63,630 bases of DNA, filler included, from Basidiobolus ranarum (GCA_040143965.1; 15 parts of 15 records of this genome joined end to end with filler, not necessarily neighbours in it), one strand, 5' to 3'. Numbered from the whole stretch's first letter, positions 35,685-50,400 are shown. A program made the numbers and translations. Notes: generated from the sequence alone by a model not told the origin.

Positions 35685-36446
35685 ACAGAGTAAGTACCCC
35701 AATAATTTGGACCAATTTGTTTTTGTGATAATCCAATGGTACTTTTAGGAAAGCTGCAAGACAGACTTCTTGGTGAGATAGATTGAGATACACAGTACTC
35801 TCCTTTTAGCCATGGGTAATCAGTTCAAGTAATGGCACATCTACTTGTGGCAGGACATTTGTTTACTGCAAGTTTGGGATATTTTGGCTGAATTCTTTAT
35901 GGAAACTTGCCAAAATCCAAGAGCTCATTCTCATTGTGAATGGTACAAGAGTTGGCTATTTGCCAAGTGGCAGTGCTATTCAAAATCTCAGATGTTTAGT
36001 AATTTTTCCACCATTAGTTTGCTGGCAAAGCATGTTGATGTTGTTGAGTTATGTATGATTGGTCAAGTATGTGCATATGTGGAGACTAAACACAACAAGA
36101 TTAAGGTATTTTTTGATTTTCATTATGGCTGGAATACAAAGCCTAAAATATCTGAATAAGGGCGTGCATATTAATTTAAATTCTTGCAACAGCAAACCAA
36201 GTAATTTACCATTTGAAAATCAGTGTTTTGTGAGAATTGTTGGAAATCAAACAATGCATGTCAGATATTTAGGATAAATGTTTTACCAAGTATACAAACC
36301 ATCAAAGTATAATCAATAAGCTGCCATCTAAGCATCAAAATCCCTGGCAGAATGCAAGCCACCAATATTGTGATGTTCCTCTAATGGTCTTGCAATCCAG
36401 AAGGGTGGATCCAATCCAGATCAAATTGATTTTATTTTTGTTAGGG
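35685..36446 (+). mobile_element. CACTA/EnSpm 3' region and terminus
   Basis: Same family as the other CACTA relics; ends TTTTGTTAGGG at 36446. Confidence 0.85.
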
Positions 36447-38186
36447 TAGGTTGTTTCTTTGAATTCCAACAAGTAGCACCATTACAGCAAAGAAATCATC
36501 ATTCAGTTGTAGATCTGCTGTCTTCAATATCTCTTCCCCAATTTTCATCTGAATATCTGATCAGATAAAAGTTTTATCCTGTATATGTATATTTTGGGCA
36601 CAGATATACTGTACCTTTCATATATCTGAAAATTGACTTAACAGCTATGAATTGAGCAGATCCAAGAATTTGAAGATACTGGCATTTAACTCCTCCAGAA
36701 TGTGCAATATCAAGCCATGTTCCCACCATGGTTTGCAGCAGACTACCAACCATGGATTAGTAAGGAACTCTCTGGATTTCATTTGAATTCAAAAATGACT
36801 GATTTGAGCCATTTTTGGTCAAGTTTAGATTTATCTCCATTAGGGTAGATACTGGATCACATTCTTCTATTTTAAACTTTTTAAGTATTTCTTGGATGTA
36901 CTTTGACTGGCTCAAAGCTTTTTTTGGTGGTTCTATCTATCTTGGTTTTGATTCCAAGATAGTACATCAGTTCACCAAGATCAGTCATTTGGAATTTGGC
37001 AGATAAGTTGTATATGGTACTCTCCAAAGTCCAGAAGTCATTGGTTGCTCTAATAAGGTCATCTCTATATAGGCAATAAAACTGGGTTTGTCTCATCTGG
37101 CCTTAAGAAGCTACAATAGTCAGCATTACTCTTTTGAAATTTCAGTGTTTCCAAATGAGCAATCATCTTGCCATTCAAAGCTCTTGGAGATTGTTTTAGG
37201 CCATAGAGTGCTCTTGGCAGTCTGCAAACCTTTTTAGAGTTTTCTGGGTCTGCAATTTTATCTGGTTGGCCCATATAGATCTCTGCAGCAAGCTTGCCAT
37301 TCAAATAAGTAGTTTTAACATTCATTTGATGTATTACAAACTGATATTTAGCTGAAATTACTAAAATCAATCTAATGGAATTACACTTTGCTACAGGAGC
37401 AAAATTTTTGTGTAATCAATTCCTGGAGCTTGGGAATAGTCTTGTGCTACTAATCGAGCCTTTTACTTTATTTTATTGCCATTAGAGTTTAATTTAACTC
37501 TAAACACCTATTGGCAGCCAATTGATTTTCTATCAGCAGCTAAGTTAGTCAACATTTAAGTTTGATTATCAATCAATGCCTGGTACCCATCAGCCATTAC
37601 AGATCTCCAAAATTTTGTGCAAGGGCCATTCAGGTCCCCTTTTACACTCTGGGATCTGTGTGCTCAAGCTGTGCAGGTGAAGGCCCAATTTTGGTGCTCA
37701 TTGATATAGTACAGAGCTATTTCTGAACCTATTTAATCTCCTTTTTTTGGATAAAGTTAATTCAACTTCTGGCATTGTATTGGATACTTCAGTAGGCAGA
37801 ATTTTGATTGAGGGGTCCACAGGAATGCTGTTTTCTATATTGATTTGGTTTAATTCATTTTGAATGATTGGATCAGGAGAAAACTGATTTTGATCATCAT
37901 ATGATATCATTTTTGGTGAAAACTTCTCATTTTCATTTAACAAAACATCCCTCTACTTGAATAACTTTAAAATTTTGTATTTTAAAGTCTATAGGCCTTA
38001 GTTTGAGCACATTAACACAGAAATATGCATTTCTTACTTTTGGATCAAATTTAGACCAGGTTTTGGTCATGATTGTTGAAATTAGCATTTTCTAAGCACC
38101 TATATAGTCACATATAGCTTAGTACTTAGTTATCTTATTTTTCACCAGGACATCATCCATTACTGTCAATTGGAATTTACTTAGAA
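36447..38186 (-). mobile_element. Copia pol remnant (integrase end and RT), with a partial family-A LTR at 38074-38186
   Basis: HQMNVKTTYLNG, ALYGLKQSPRA, FQMTDLGEL and ARLVAQ. Confidence 0.9.
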
Positions 38187-38286
38187 NNNNNNNNNNNNNN
38201 NNNNNNNNNNNNNNNNNNNNNNNNNNNNNNTTAATTAATTAANNNNNNNNNNNNNNNNNNNNNNNNNNNNNNNNNNNNNNNNNNNN

Positions 38287-38768
38287 ATGAGTTTGTTAGG
38301 TTTGGAGGAGTAGTATGCCTCGATATAGAGGATAATGTTAATGGTGAGCAGTGAGAAATAATGGATAATGTAGCTGGAGAGGCCCAACGTTGTACAGTTA
38401 GTACTCAGCCCAAAAAACGATGGAATGTTGGCTAGAGCGTTGACCAGGAGTAGGAATGTCTGCAATAAGTTTAATTTGTAGATCATTGGGTTGTCGTGAA
38501 TCACTATTTTAATGGATCTATAAACATCTCTATAAGCAACAGGAAGAGAAACTGCGATTACGAAGAATCGGAGTTGGCTTTCAAAGTCAACATGGTATGC
38601 GAGGGAGGCTGACATAGTTTCTATGTTACGCGTTGTCAGAGATGGCTCCTGTTCTAAAGACGAGCTCAATACAACAAGAGCATAAGAGTGATTGAGAGAC
38701 GGAGACTGAATCCCCGACTCTATATATACTCTGTGTATCTGAGCCATTTTTTGAAGTCTCAAAATCAT
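38287..38768 (-). CDS. Putative multi-pass membrane protein, truncated by the contig end
   Basis: Open frame of about 160 codons with three hydrophobic segments; start codon uncertain. Confidence 0.5.
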
Positions 38769-40447
38769 CACTGTTGGTGCAACGTTCCAAGGTTCTAGCC
38801 TAACCCACCCTACTTTTGAAAAGATAAAGTCTTAAATTTCAACCGAAGTTTCATGTTAATCAGGCCAATATAATTCACTTAATTGATATTAGTAACGATC
38901 TCTCGATAAAGAACTCTAATTTCTGTCAAGTGGGCACTCCAAGTATATAAGGCAATCGATCAGCCATATAGAATATGACTTATATGACATGGAACATAAA
39001 ACAGTAGTCATTTGCATATGCGAGCCGTTCAGCACTAATCGGGGATTCTTTTGACAAAATGATGTGCAGAATCACGTCTCCACATATCATGACGCTCTGA
39101 TAAGAAATGTTGAAGTTTAGGCCATAAATTATATTTCTCATGGGCGTATGAACAGCACCAATAATTGGCTTCTTCATCTACCTGCGCGGCTTTAACGGGC
39201 AATTGTTTGGACTTTATTGCCACTTGCCGGCCTAATATATTCTCCTGAAAAACAGTAGTTTATTTTCTTGGATCTAGGTTCTAACACCATAATGTTTCAA
39301 AATCGGTTTTTTGCGCTCCCATTTACCCTCCAAAATGAGAGAACTCCTGGCCAGCATGCGTGATTTGGCTAAGTATGGCAAGAAATTAGGTCGAAAACAT
39401 ATACCGTAGAAATATGTTATCTTGAAACAGATACAGTTCCGACTCCAGTAGACATTTACACTTCACTCTATCCTTTCCATTCTTATGATCAGATTCAATT
39501 CTTTAGCTAAAAGCTGAGTCAGTGTAAACCGTTAACCGAGGTTGCACACGAATTACTCGGATTGATCTCGGCATAAGACAGTTTTTGTAGGACAAACGAC
39601 TTCTCGACAAACTGTATCTGAACAACAATAAAGGAGCCTGTTCGATTGGTTGGCATGATGAAATTTTTTCTTTCCGCTCGTATCATCTTTCACTTCAGTG
39701 CTCTAGGATTGGAATAAGTTACTCATAATGAATTACACAGCGTCGGATAGTGCAGCAGTGCACCTTTGAACTTACAATGCAAGGTACAAATCTTCACTAA
39801 GACCACCACTTGATTACAAATTACTTACAGACGCTTTGACCATATTTCACTGAAAGTCGAGATCGGACACTCCCAGTAGAGATGAAGTGACTTTCTGGCA
39901 TGTTAAGAATAAGATTCACTAAAATCACTCAGTTTGAAGTTAGAAATCCCATGATGTTTCGACTGCTATTCGCGATACATCACATACAAATTCTGCAGGC
40001 TACAAATGCATACTAAAAAGAGCCAAGGGGAATTTTGAGCCAACCAATATTTTTATGGTCAAACAAAAAGTAAACTCCAGTCATCTATACCGCTTGTTTG
40101 ACTGCGGTGTATTAGCTATGCTCTTTGAAATCTAATTCAACTATCAGTAATCTGGTTCGAGGCCATTCCGGTATATTCTATTCTCTATAGTATCTCGATT
40201 TTTTTGAAATTCGGAGAACCAATAAACAAAATTCAGGTAGTTTCGAGAATTGATACAACCAAGTCATGAATTTGTACTGTTGATGATTAACCTAGGTTTT
40301 CGTAAAACTTTGGGCCATCACAGCCATTGGTAATTCAGCTATTTGTTATCTCAGACTTTATAATATTACTTTTATTGGGAGTCGTTAGAATATTCATCAC
40401 TTTTGCAACTCATTTTATTCTTTTATCTCACGACGTAAAGAGATCAA

Positions 40448-42432
40448 ATGTACAATAACGGGGGCAATTATGGAAGTGGTCATCTGATGGGTGGCCTCAA
40501 TCCGCTTCAACTAACTTCCGGACCTACCAGTTCATCTTTTTGTAAATATGGATTATGAACTTTCTTTCATCCAAAGTTTATTTATTTACTTTCAACTTTT
40601 CTTCCAGCAAAACTTTCTTTCCTGAATTCAGCCGAACAAACGAAATTTGAGCAGTTATTTAGTCAACATGCTAGTTCCAATCAACAACTAACAGGTTTAT
40701 ATCAAAAATATATTCCTTTTTTTATACTATGAATATTGACCGTTTTATATGATAGGTGAAGCGGCTAGAGATATTTTTCTACGTTCAAAGCTTGATTCCG
40801 AAGTTCTTGCCCAAATCTGGTATTTTTAAATGGTTTATGGAATAGTTTTCAATATAGAAGTAAGAGTTAACTTTTTATTTTACTAGGTCTATGTCAGACA
40901 TCAACGCATCTGGTTCTTTATCTTTTCCTGAATTCGCTTTGGCTATGTACTTGATTAATATGAAACTCACTGGTCAAAATGTCCCAAGTCAGCTTCCAAA
41001 TAACCTACGTCAAGAGATTACCTCTGCTATGCAACCTAGTGCCAACTCTAACGTAGGTAATCCTGGTTACTACTCATCGGGACCGAGTATTCCGGGAGTA
41101 ACCACTCCTTTAGATGGCCCCATGAATGGGAAGAGCATGACTTCTCAAACTAGTGGACGTGGTGGATATCAAGCCAACAACTTAGGAAAATCACAATGGG
41201 CGGTAACCTCAGAAGAAAAAGCACAATTTGATCAAATTTTCAAGTCTCTTGATAACGCCCATTCCGGGTTTCTTTCGGGAGAGAAAGCCAAGCAAGTATT
41301 CACTGAGTCTGGTTTAAATAAATCAGATTTAGGGAAAATTTGGGGATTAGCAGATATTCATAATCAAGGAAAATTGAACTCAGACGAATTCGCCGTTGCT
41401 ATGCACTTGATTTATGCTAAATTGGCTGGTCAAGAAATTCCAAAAACTCTTCCAACTAACCTCGTACCCCCCTCTACGAAAGATTTATCTGATAGCGTAT
41501 CTAGTCTCAAGCAAATGCTCAAGACTAATTCTTCATTAAAAAGGAATGCTACCCTCTCAAGCCCAATTCTTGGAATTCCCACCTTGGATTTTGATTTAGA
41601 CTCTTCAAGTCGCTATTCCGAGAAGAAAGCTCTCAGTAGAGACGAGGATGTTGGATATGTTTCTGGTAATCGTAGAAAGATTGGAACTTCTCCCAAACCT
41701 TCTTCACCCAGCATAAGTTATAGTGAACGTCTTGCTAAATTTGATGCTCTTCGTAAGAAAATCAAAGGAAAACAAGCAGAACTTGATTCTATCTTGACCA
41801 ACCCAAGCGAGCCTTCTGTTACCTCTTCCTCTAACCAAGGAGCTGATCTTATTGATCTAAAAGACAAAATCAGAAATCTTCAGGATTCTATTTATGAGAT
41901 CTCGGTGACGTCTAATGATCTTCCACGAGGTGGGGTAAACCAAAACCCAGAAAACCAACGAGTAGAGCGCAAGCAATTGGAATCTGAGTTTAGTGAAATT
42001 ACCAAGGAACTCGCTGATCTAACGAAAAAGGCTCATACTTTAGACGAGAAACTGGCTAGCTCAAAGCTTGAGTTGTTTAAAGCATCCGATGCCAAGTTAT
42101 ACAAAACAGCTCCACCAAAGACCAATCTTGCGAATCTTTTCCCATTCAAGGCAGCTGGCTCTAGTGAAAGCCTTTCAGATGCAGATAGATTAAAGCAAAA
42201 AGCCGCAGAGATGCTCGCTCAAAGAATGCAAGCTTTAACCAAGAACAACGCTTCCTCCAATGATCCTTCCGCAATGGAAGCGAAGAAGCGTTTGGATACT
42301 GAGACCGAGAAAATTAATGCTGAAAAGAAAGGAAATGAAAAGCATCTCCGAGAAATAGAAGACTCCATTCATCACTTGCAAGAAGAAATCCGCGGCAGCA
42401 TCAGAAGAAGCAGTAATTCTATCGAACAATCT
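40448..42432 (+). CDS. PAN1: Pan1-like EH-domain endocytic scaffold, 3' truncated
   Basis: Short 5' exons separated by GT-AG introns; two EH domains (SGSLSFPEFALAMYL; IWGLADIHNQGKLNSDEFAVAMHL), EDVGYVS and coiled coils. Confidence 0.85.
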
Positions 42433-44723
42433 NNNNNNNNNNNNNNNNNNNNNNNNNNNNNNNNNNNNNNNNNNNNTTAATTAATTAANNNNNNNNNNNN
42501 NNNNNNNNNNNNNNNNNNNNNNNNNNNNNNNNTACATGATTAACCAAACGGCTGGGGAGTCCATAAACTCCTTGGTCATCGATAACCTAGAAGGTTTCCG
42601 AAGACCAGTGTGAAGCGGTAATTCTGCTTGAGTGACAGACATGTGTTTCGTGGTTTATACTTGTATTTAGTCGCAAAAAAGTTTATATTGAAATGCCCCG
42701 TTTTCTTGAGGTAGAAAGATCTATATATTGAACTAGGGAATACGAAGGTAGAGTATAGTTCGTAAGCAATCAGATAAAGCCGGCTGAATATTCACTCGTA
42801 AAAAAATGAGAGGTAAGGGTCCAAGCTTAACGAAGGCAAGACAATACTAACAAAAACTTAAAGAATGTCGTCTCAGGGCTGAGTTAGCTGAAGAGGCGGC
42901 GGTTGCTCTTATAATAAGTTAAATGTCGTAATATTTGAAGTAATAGAACCCATATTTACTTACCATAAATAGAATTGATCCTGTCATTATTGGCTCATTC
43001 ATTTGGCAAATTCTAATGAAGTTTATACCGTTTGTTCCCCTGAAATTTGGAAAGGTAAAAATGCACGAATTTAGTGCAGACTTAATTGAAAAGCCATATT
43101 TATTTCAATCGCAAGCGTTATCTTGCCTCTCCAACTTCAAATGATTGAAATTACTGAAATCGTCAGCAAGTTGAACGCCTTGGGCGGAGTTCAAGCGGTA
43201 GCTACTCCCATTGATCAAAGATAAATGGCTGAGCAGTACATTCATTGGATGGAAATACAAAAAAAACTCACCGAGATCCTTCGAATTGAATCCACTAGCG
43301 ATCCAAACCTCGAGATCAGGGTTCATGGATAACTCAGAAACACTGATTGCTCCAATTAGTGTGGAATCCACTCTAACACAACGCCAACTCCAAGATTTTT
43401 TGTTCGCTCAATCTCCGCCTATCATGATGACGACTGTGTCATTTCATTTTTGTTAGAGTTTTCTATCCTTTGGCCCTAAGGGTTAGGGCTACGCTTAGGG
43501 TTGAATCAACATTCCATCCCTCACGTTTCTGTCTCTCACGTAGCCCGATTGAACAACAAAAGTATGATCTTCTCAAATCCAGTTTACGCTTTTTGCTGTT
43601 TGCTTTATAATTGAATGGTTGATCTTGATCAGGGTCAGGGTACCCGACATAATAGTGAAACTAATACTAGGGTTGTTATCTAGGCGTTAGTTATGCATGT
43701 TATGGATGGGGAAGTTTACACTAAAGGGAACAAGCTTAATTCTGAAGAAAGAAAGGATCAAGGCGGAAAGAGTTGCCGATCACGGATGATTCCATTCCCA
43801 AACAAGTTCACTCGCTCCCTCACTCTCAAGAGCGCCACCGATTTTCTCGTCCATGAACGCGTGTTAATCGTAGATTAGATCCATTCTTACAGAAATGGGT
43901 GATTTCTGCATGAAAAGTAACGTTACCCCCAAGATGACATCAATATCCTTCAACGAAAGATCAAATCTCCAAATTTGTAACTTTAACTTCGGGGACTGGA
44001 GAATACAGTAGGTTACAATACAGTCGGTTAGCTAGGTGTCATTTCAGATATCGTAAGGTCATCGGAGATATTTGAACGAGGTTTGAGTATTTGAATGGGT
44101 GTAGAAAGGCGTAAGTTCCGAATAAATTAAAAAAGAAAAAAAGCCACCCAGATGGTACGATTGGTCCAGTAGATAAACTCACAACCAATGGCAATGACCA
44201 AGCTGCCAATACCGAGATATCGTGTCATGCTAAAACCTCAGGTGGTAACAGTGACGCGATATCAGTTGTATGGATAGAGAACTTGGGATGAGTGACTCGT
44301 AGTTAAGGCTAGTCTTTAGAACTGTCCCTAAACCTGATGCATATTCCTATCTCACTTTATCTAATCATTGTTTCGAACTTATTCTCTTTAAACTCCACGC
44401 ATCACATGACTGGAGCATTGTAGGAGCTGTTACAAATCATAGGGGCCGTTACAAATCACACGCCCAACTAATGCTTTCTTATCTGAGTTCATATCTACAG
44501 TTTGTGGGAATACCAGGTAAAACTATCAGGTAAAACCGTCAGCAGCATGTCAATTGTTAGGGCTATATTTGCATATGACGGACCTCAAATGAAACCACGA
44601 TTGTCAAAGATGCAAGAATGATGTGTTAGAGGTAAAGCATAGGTAGGTAGATACATAACATTGACTATATTGAGAAAATCATCAGATTTACGAAATATAT
44701 GGCTTAACTGGAGCAAGTTCTTT

Positions 44724-44888
44724 CTTCTATATGATCATGTCTTCTCTTCCCTCTATATGATTATGTCTTCTCTATATGATCATGTCTTCTCTTCCCTCTA
44801 TATGATTATGTCTTCTCTATATGATCATGTCTTCTTCTCTTCCCTCTATATAATCGTGTCTTCTCTTCCCTCTATATGATCATGTCTT
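44724..44888. repeat. Minisatellite built from TCTATATGAT(C/T)ATGTCTTC(TCTTCCC) units
   Basis: Six to seven alternating subunits of about 19 and 26 bp; explains the repetitive ORF 44661-44879. Confidence 0.9.
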
Positions 44889-45711
44889 CACTACATATCT
44901 TCGTATCACCTTCGTTTGCCCTAATACACACATCAAAGCACTAGTATCTAAATATACACTAGGGTATTCCAATGCTCAAATTATGCTGAGTACTTGTTAC
45001 ATAAACATTCTCTACCTGCATATTCTATTTTTACTTTTTTCACACCTGCACTTGAAGTCTAGTTTCCCGCGTCTCAAAAGCAAGATTGCCTGAGAATGTC
45101 TGCACTTATATCTGCCCAATAGTATGGCATCATTTGATCTTCACTTACATCTTATTCGATACGTCAGGCACGGTAATAAATTCTGTAGGCTATTACGATA
45201 TTCAACTAGTACGAAACTAGTAAGAAATTCAATACTCTTTGGATATTGTATAGTAAGTATGATTATTCTATAGGTGCGTTGATATTGCATAGTAAGTATG
45301 GTTGTTCTATGGGTGAAACATTGATCTCTATGCCTTCTAGAATCATTAGTCCTAAATCCATCACAAATCTCTCATAATAAATAATATACTTTACGTACTA
45401 AGATATAAGAGTTGAATATCAAACATTTACCAGATCATTGCCAGTGCATTGATATAGTAGATTTGGTATGTAAGTATGTGCAAAATAATACCGTTGCTGA
45501 TCTTTAATTGCCTAAGTTTGTTGCTAGTCAAAATCTGAACAATATTACTGAAATACTGCGAATGGAAATATTTCCCAACCTTGCCCAAACTACTTTTACT
45601 TTTTCCCTGGCTTTTTTTAGCACGCCATGATTACAACATTGGTGGTTTTTTTGCTTGAGCCCCATCCAAGTAAAAACACTGATATTGGGTTTATTAAAAA
45701 CCAGTAATGTT

Positions 45712-46350
45712 TATTGAAATTAGCATTATCTAAACATCTTATAGTAATATATAGCTTAGTATTTGATAATCCTACATTTCACTAAGATATCACCCATTAT
45801 TTTCCAGAGGAATTCACTTAGAATATTGACACTAACTTAGAAGTTCTCAGAGATATGGATTTTTCAAGCTTGTACTAGAAGCCCTGAGCTTTGCACATGT
45901 GTTCCTAGGACCTTTCTTAGTGCATTTTACATGTGTATTTGTTTACATCCTGACAAAACTATAAATATCAACTTTCAACTCAGTAAATCAATAAGTGAAA
46001 ACCACCAGTTTCCCTATTTCTCCAAACCACTTCCAACAGTGCTAGAGGCTCCAATCTGCACACACAGACTCCTTAGACCTTTCTTAATACACTCTACATG
46101 TTGGTTTGTTTACATCCTGATAAAAATACAAATGTCAACTTTCAACTCAATGAGTCAATAAGTGAAAATCACCAATTTCTCAGTTTCTCCAAATCACTAC
46201 CAACAGGCTGCTATAATACTTTGACAAGTTATGAGCCCCAAGCTTGCACTTTTAGTGATATCTACCTCTGAAATATCTGGCACTTTTTCCTCTTCTGAAA
46301 ATTTGGATGGAGCCAACTATGAAGTTAGGAAAATTGTAATGAAAATGTTG
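45712..46350 (+). mobile_element. Copia family-A LTR (internally duplicated), PBS and gag start
   Basis: The LTR ends ...TTGACA at 46226 and is followed by AGTTATGAGCCC, a variant of the copia half-tRNA-iMet PBS GGTTATGGGCCC. Confidence 0.85.
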
Positions 46351-46463
46351 GAGGATCTTCATGTAGTGGTTCATTAACCTGAGTTAAGGCATCTGATACA
46401 AGCTCATTATTTTTTTTCTGGCAAGGTTAATTGGAGTGTATTGGCTTATGGCAGCATTGGAAG

Positions 46464-46678
46464 TGTTGGATAATTAATCTTTATTCAACATCATAGTTAA
46501 CTTTAGTTATGATACATATATCAGAAACAGAAAGCAACGTATCTATAGCCCCTATATTCTAAATAGAAATATCTCTATATCTATATAACAAGTATGTCTT
46601 ATTACCCCCACTTATCTATTATATCTTATTACACAAAACTCCTGAATATCTCAAACAATTGATTTACTTTTCTACTAT
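46464..46678. mobile_element. LTR family C, partial
   Basis: TGTTGGATAATTAATC...; matches 53255-53567 and, in reverse, 46779-46984. Confidence 0.8.
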
Positions 46679-46778
46679 NNNNNNNNNNNNNNNNNNNNNN
46701 NNNNNNNNNNNNNNNNNNNNNNTTAATTAATTAANNNNNNNNNNNNNNNNNNNNNNNNNNNNNNNNNNNNNNNNNNNN

Positions 46779-47424
46779 TAAGTAAATCAATTGTTTGAGA
46801 TATTCAGGAGTTTGTGTAATAAGATATAATAGATAAGTGGGGGTAATAAGACACACTTGTTATATAGATATAGAGATATTCCTATTTACAATATAGGGGC
46901 TCTAGGTATGCTGCTTTCTGTTTCTGATATATGTATCATAACTAAAGTTAACTATGATGTTGAATAAAGATTAATTATCCAACACTTTTGTTCCATTGAA
47001 TTATTCAGAAGAAGGAAAAGTTCCATAAATTTGAGAAGTAGACATTACAGAGAGTGCAAGCTTGGGTCTCACAACCTGTTAAAGTATTTGGGAGCCTGTT
47101 GGAAGTGGTTTGGAGAATTAGAGGAATTGGTGGTTTTCACTTATGGATTTATTGAGTAGAAAGTTGACATTTATAGTTTTGTCAAGATGTAAGCAAACCA
47201 ACATGTAGAATGTGTTAAGGAAGGTCCCAGAAACATGTGTGCACAGTTTGGGGCTTCTAGCACAGGTTTGAAAAATCTATATATCTGAGAACTTCTAAGT
47301 TGGTGTCAATATTCTACCTAAATTCCTTATGAGAATAATGGATAATATCTTAGTGAATTATAAGATAACTAAATACTAAGCTATATATGACTATATAGGT
47401 GTTTAGGCAATGTTAATTTCAACA
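46779..47424 (-). mobile_element. Family-A LTR (47077-47424), PBS and gag start interrupted by a family-C LTR (46779-46984)
   Basis: Minus strand reads ...TTTAACA GGTTGTGAGACCC ... ATG TCT ACT TCT CAA. Confidence 0.85.
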
Positions 47425-50400
47425 CGGGTAGCATGAAAATTTGGGTCAAAGTTGTGAGACTGTTTGAGCCTGACCCAAAATTACAGATATTTAGATTAAA
47501 TGTTACTTGAGTCAACTTCCGGTATCAAGATATCTATGTTCTAAAAAATTTTGATAGAGCTTAACAAGCTTGAAATGAGTAAGGGTTAGAAAAATATTCA
47601 AATTCTCTCATATGTCGATTAATAATGAACTAAACTCTAATAGGAATGCCAGTCCAGTTAGTCAGTAATATTGAACCTTTCAATATAACATTGTAAAGCA
47701 TCTTTACCTCCACCACGAACAAACGCTCCAATTCGATCATTTAACTCTACTAAACAGTTCCACTGCTTATTTAGGTTAATTCTAACTTTGATATGAAGAT
47801 GCAACTAACAACAGAGCGAATACTCTTTGGTGTTAAATTCCATTAGTTAGCGGAATATAACTTTGCAGTAATATACATAAGTCACCCTTCTACACACCCT
47901 ACGGCTGTTGTCCAAAACTGATGCTCATAGATTAGAATTTACTCTGACTAAGCAATAGCGTAGGAAAGAGTGAGAAGCCTCCTTAGTTAGGCTTAATTGC
48001 ACCGCAGTCATGGCAACAAGGAGTTGTTTTATCTCTTGGGAATATCAATTTGCAATATAAAAACCACATATGCTGTCATCAGAACAGTTACGCAAATATA
48101 TCAAGAAGATTAAGTATGCTTGACTCTCTATAGTATCATTTACAGAAATCAAACGAGTCTGATGAAACCCTCACCAAGTTAGTGGTTTGTGAGCAGCTTT
48201 GTATCAGTCAGCGCTAGATTGTAGTTACATTGCTAGATATGCTCGTGGCCAATGGGAGATTGTCCCTGAGGAAAGAATGGTTAGAAGCGGAATAATCAGT
48301 TTACGAGCACTGATCAATAAGAACTGGAATTCTTATTGAGGTAGAGCATCTCCCCAAATGTGTGCGACAATTCCGTCCAAAATTGCCTTGATGACTTATC
48401 AACCGATCTGAGCGTACGTGTGGGGTCAAGTTCAGGGGAGCATTTCTTTGTTGACTAATCCCACTAACTTCTGGTGCCGAAACGAGGATCCCACGCCATC
48501 ACTGTTGAGCCTCAAATCCTGAAGAGTTGGCTCTGAATACTTCAGTTATGTCCAGCGGCTCAAGCTGTACCTAACACAGCAATTGCTTAAATTGAAATAA
48601 CTGGATAGGATGCTTCATTTACCCAAACTATGAGCTAATACGATGCCGTGTTTGGAAATCCACGACAAAAGTAAACATGTTGAGATCATGAATAGTGCCT
48701 AACTTAACTAGCCAAACCGGAGTCTGACCCCTCATGAGCGAATATCACCAGAAAAAGCTACGGTGGAGAATAGAATGTGTGAGATCGAGATCCATAAGAT
48801 TGCCATTTTGGCTACCCTATCGGTGGCAATAATTATCAAGTACTTATCAGAGCGCTGCCGGATGTCAGCACTGAAAACATAGTCTCCAAGCTAATCAGCA
48901 GCAAGAAAATTTTCACTCGGCGGTTGCTGATTTTGAATGGATGATATGCAGATTGTTAGACAATAGGATCAACTTATTTCGGCTGGTCCTGAGTGCTTGG
49001 ATAAAAAGCCAAATGACCAAAGAATTGGCTGCCAATAACCACAGGGGAAGCTCTTTGATTTGTTGGGATGAAACTTGATTTAAAATCACCTCGTGTAATG
49101 ACATAACATAGACTAAAATGAACTCTTGACTTGGTGATGCAGTGACATTTGCCTGCCAAATCTAAAGGTTGCTATTTGGGGATATCGAACAGCAAGCATA
49201 ATGATCGATCTCTGGTGTGTGGAAAGCTGCGTGGTGATTCTATTTATGAAATTAAATTTAACCCCCGATATGATATATCATCTTGTTGTGATCAGATATT
49301 GGTGCTTTGCCTCGTCCCACAGCATCTTTACTTGCTGGCATGTGTGCGCCAAGCTCAGCCGTCCTTCTTTGGCTGGATGTTGGAAAATATACCATTTACA
49401 TAGTGATATTTATAATACTAGTGACACTAACCACCGGCATTGTATTATGGTCACTCTTCTGAACTAAGAACTAATTAATCTGCATACATGAGATCTAGGA
49501 CAAATAGCAGTGGCTAGAACCAACCTGAACTTGGAAAGTAGAATTCATATCTGTGAATGCTAGAGAAGCATGCAGCAGGGATGTTTTTGGGAGTGCTTTC
49601 TATCGAGATTCAACTGATGCATCTGTTTTGCCCAGCCCTGCTTCGTCCTGTTTATTAAGAGTGTGTTTTCACTACATTGTCTTGATGTGTCTCGAAAAGA
49701 TGCTTACTCTTCCCCTACATCCTGTGCGGTTGTGGTTGGCAGTATAGTTCGTACTACTGGTACAAATCTTACTGAAATCCCCAAAAGCTTACCAGATCTA
49801 AACCATTTAAGGAAATAAGCACTTGGAATTAATAGACTATCGTTGATATACACGTATGTTGGCGGATGCATGTATCAATTGCCTGCTGCTCTACATACGT
49901 ATATATAAGATATATATACATTTGTAAATCATCCAATCCAATCTCTCAGACACTGGGATGATTACCTAAACATCATCTGACTCTTACAGGTTGTAGCACA
50001 ATAAGGAACTTACTTTATTTGAAACATCCAAGGGTACAACTTTCGAATAATAACGGACTTGTGGTCGGCTGTTTATTTTTCCGTCTACAGATTTGTCAAC
50101 ACTCCTTGGTCATTTGTGAAGCGGTTGTTTGGTCTTTTCCACAGAATCCATACGAGTGGACGCTTCAGCGTTGCCTAGCTCGCCTGATGAGTCTAGAACC
50201 TTTTGGTGCTCAATGATCAGTCACTAGATACCAACATTGTCCGAATCTAATAGGCACAGTTTGGAGACTGCCGTATTATCGTGCATTCCAATAAGCTGCC
50301 TAATGCGCGAGATAAAAAGGAAAAAAACACTATCAAAAAGAGAAGATTTTGGGGTAGGCAAGTTCAGGTATGATGAAGTGCCACCAATTGAGTGTTCGGC

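Noticed and set aside
44661-44888. Repeat-containing ORF or CRISPR-like array
   Set aside because: Simple minisatellite without unique spacers.
46464-46984. Apparent 200-bp inverted repeat across the spacer
   Set aside because: Two different contigs each end in the same LTR family; the adjacency is an artefact of size sorting.
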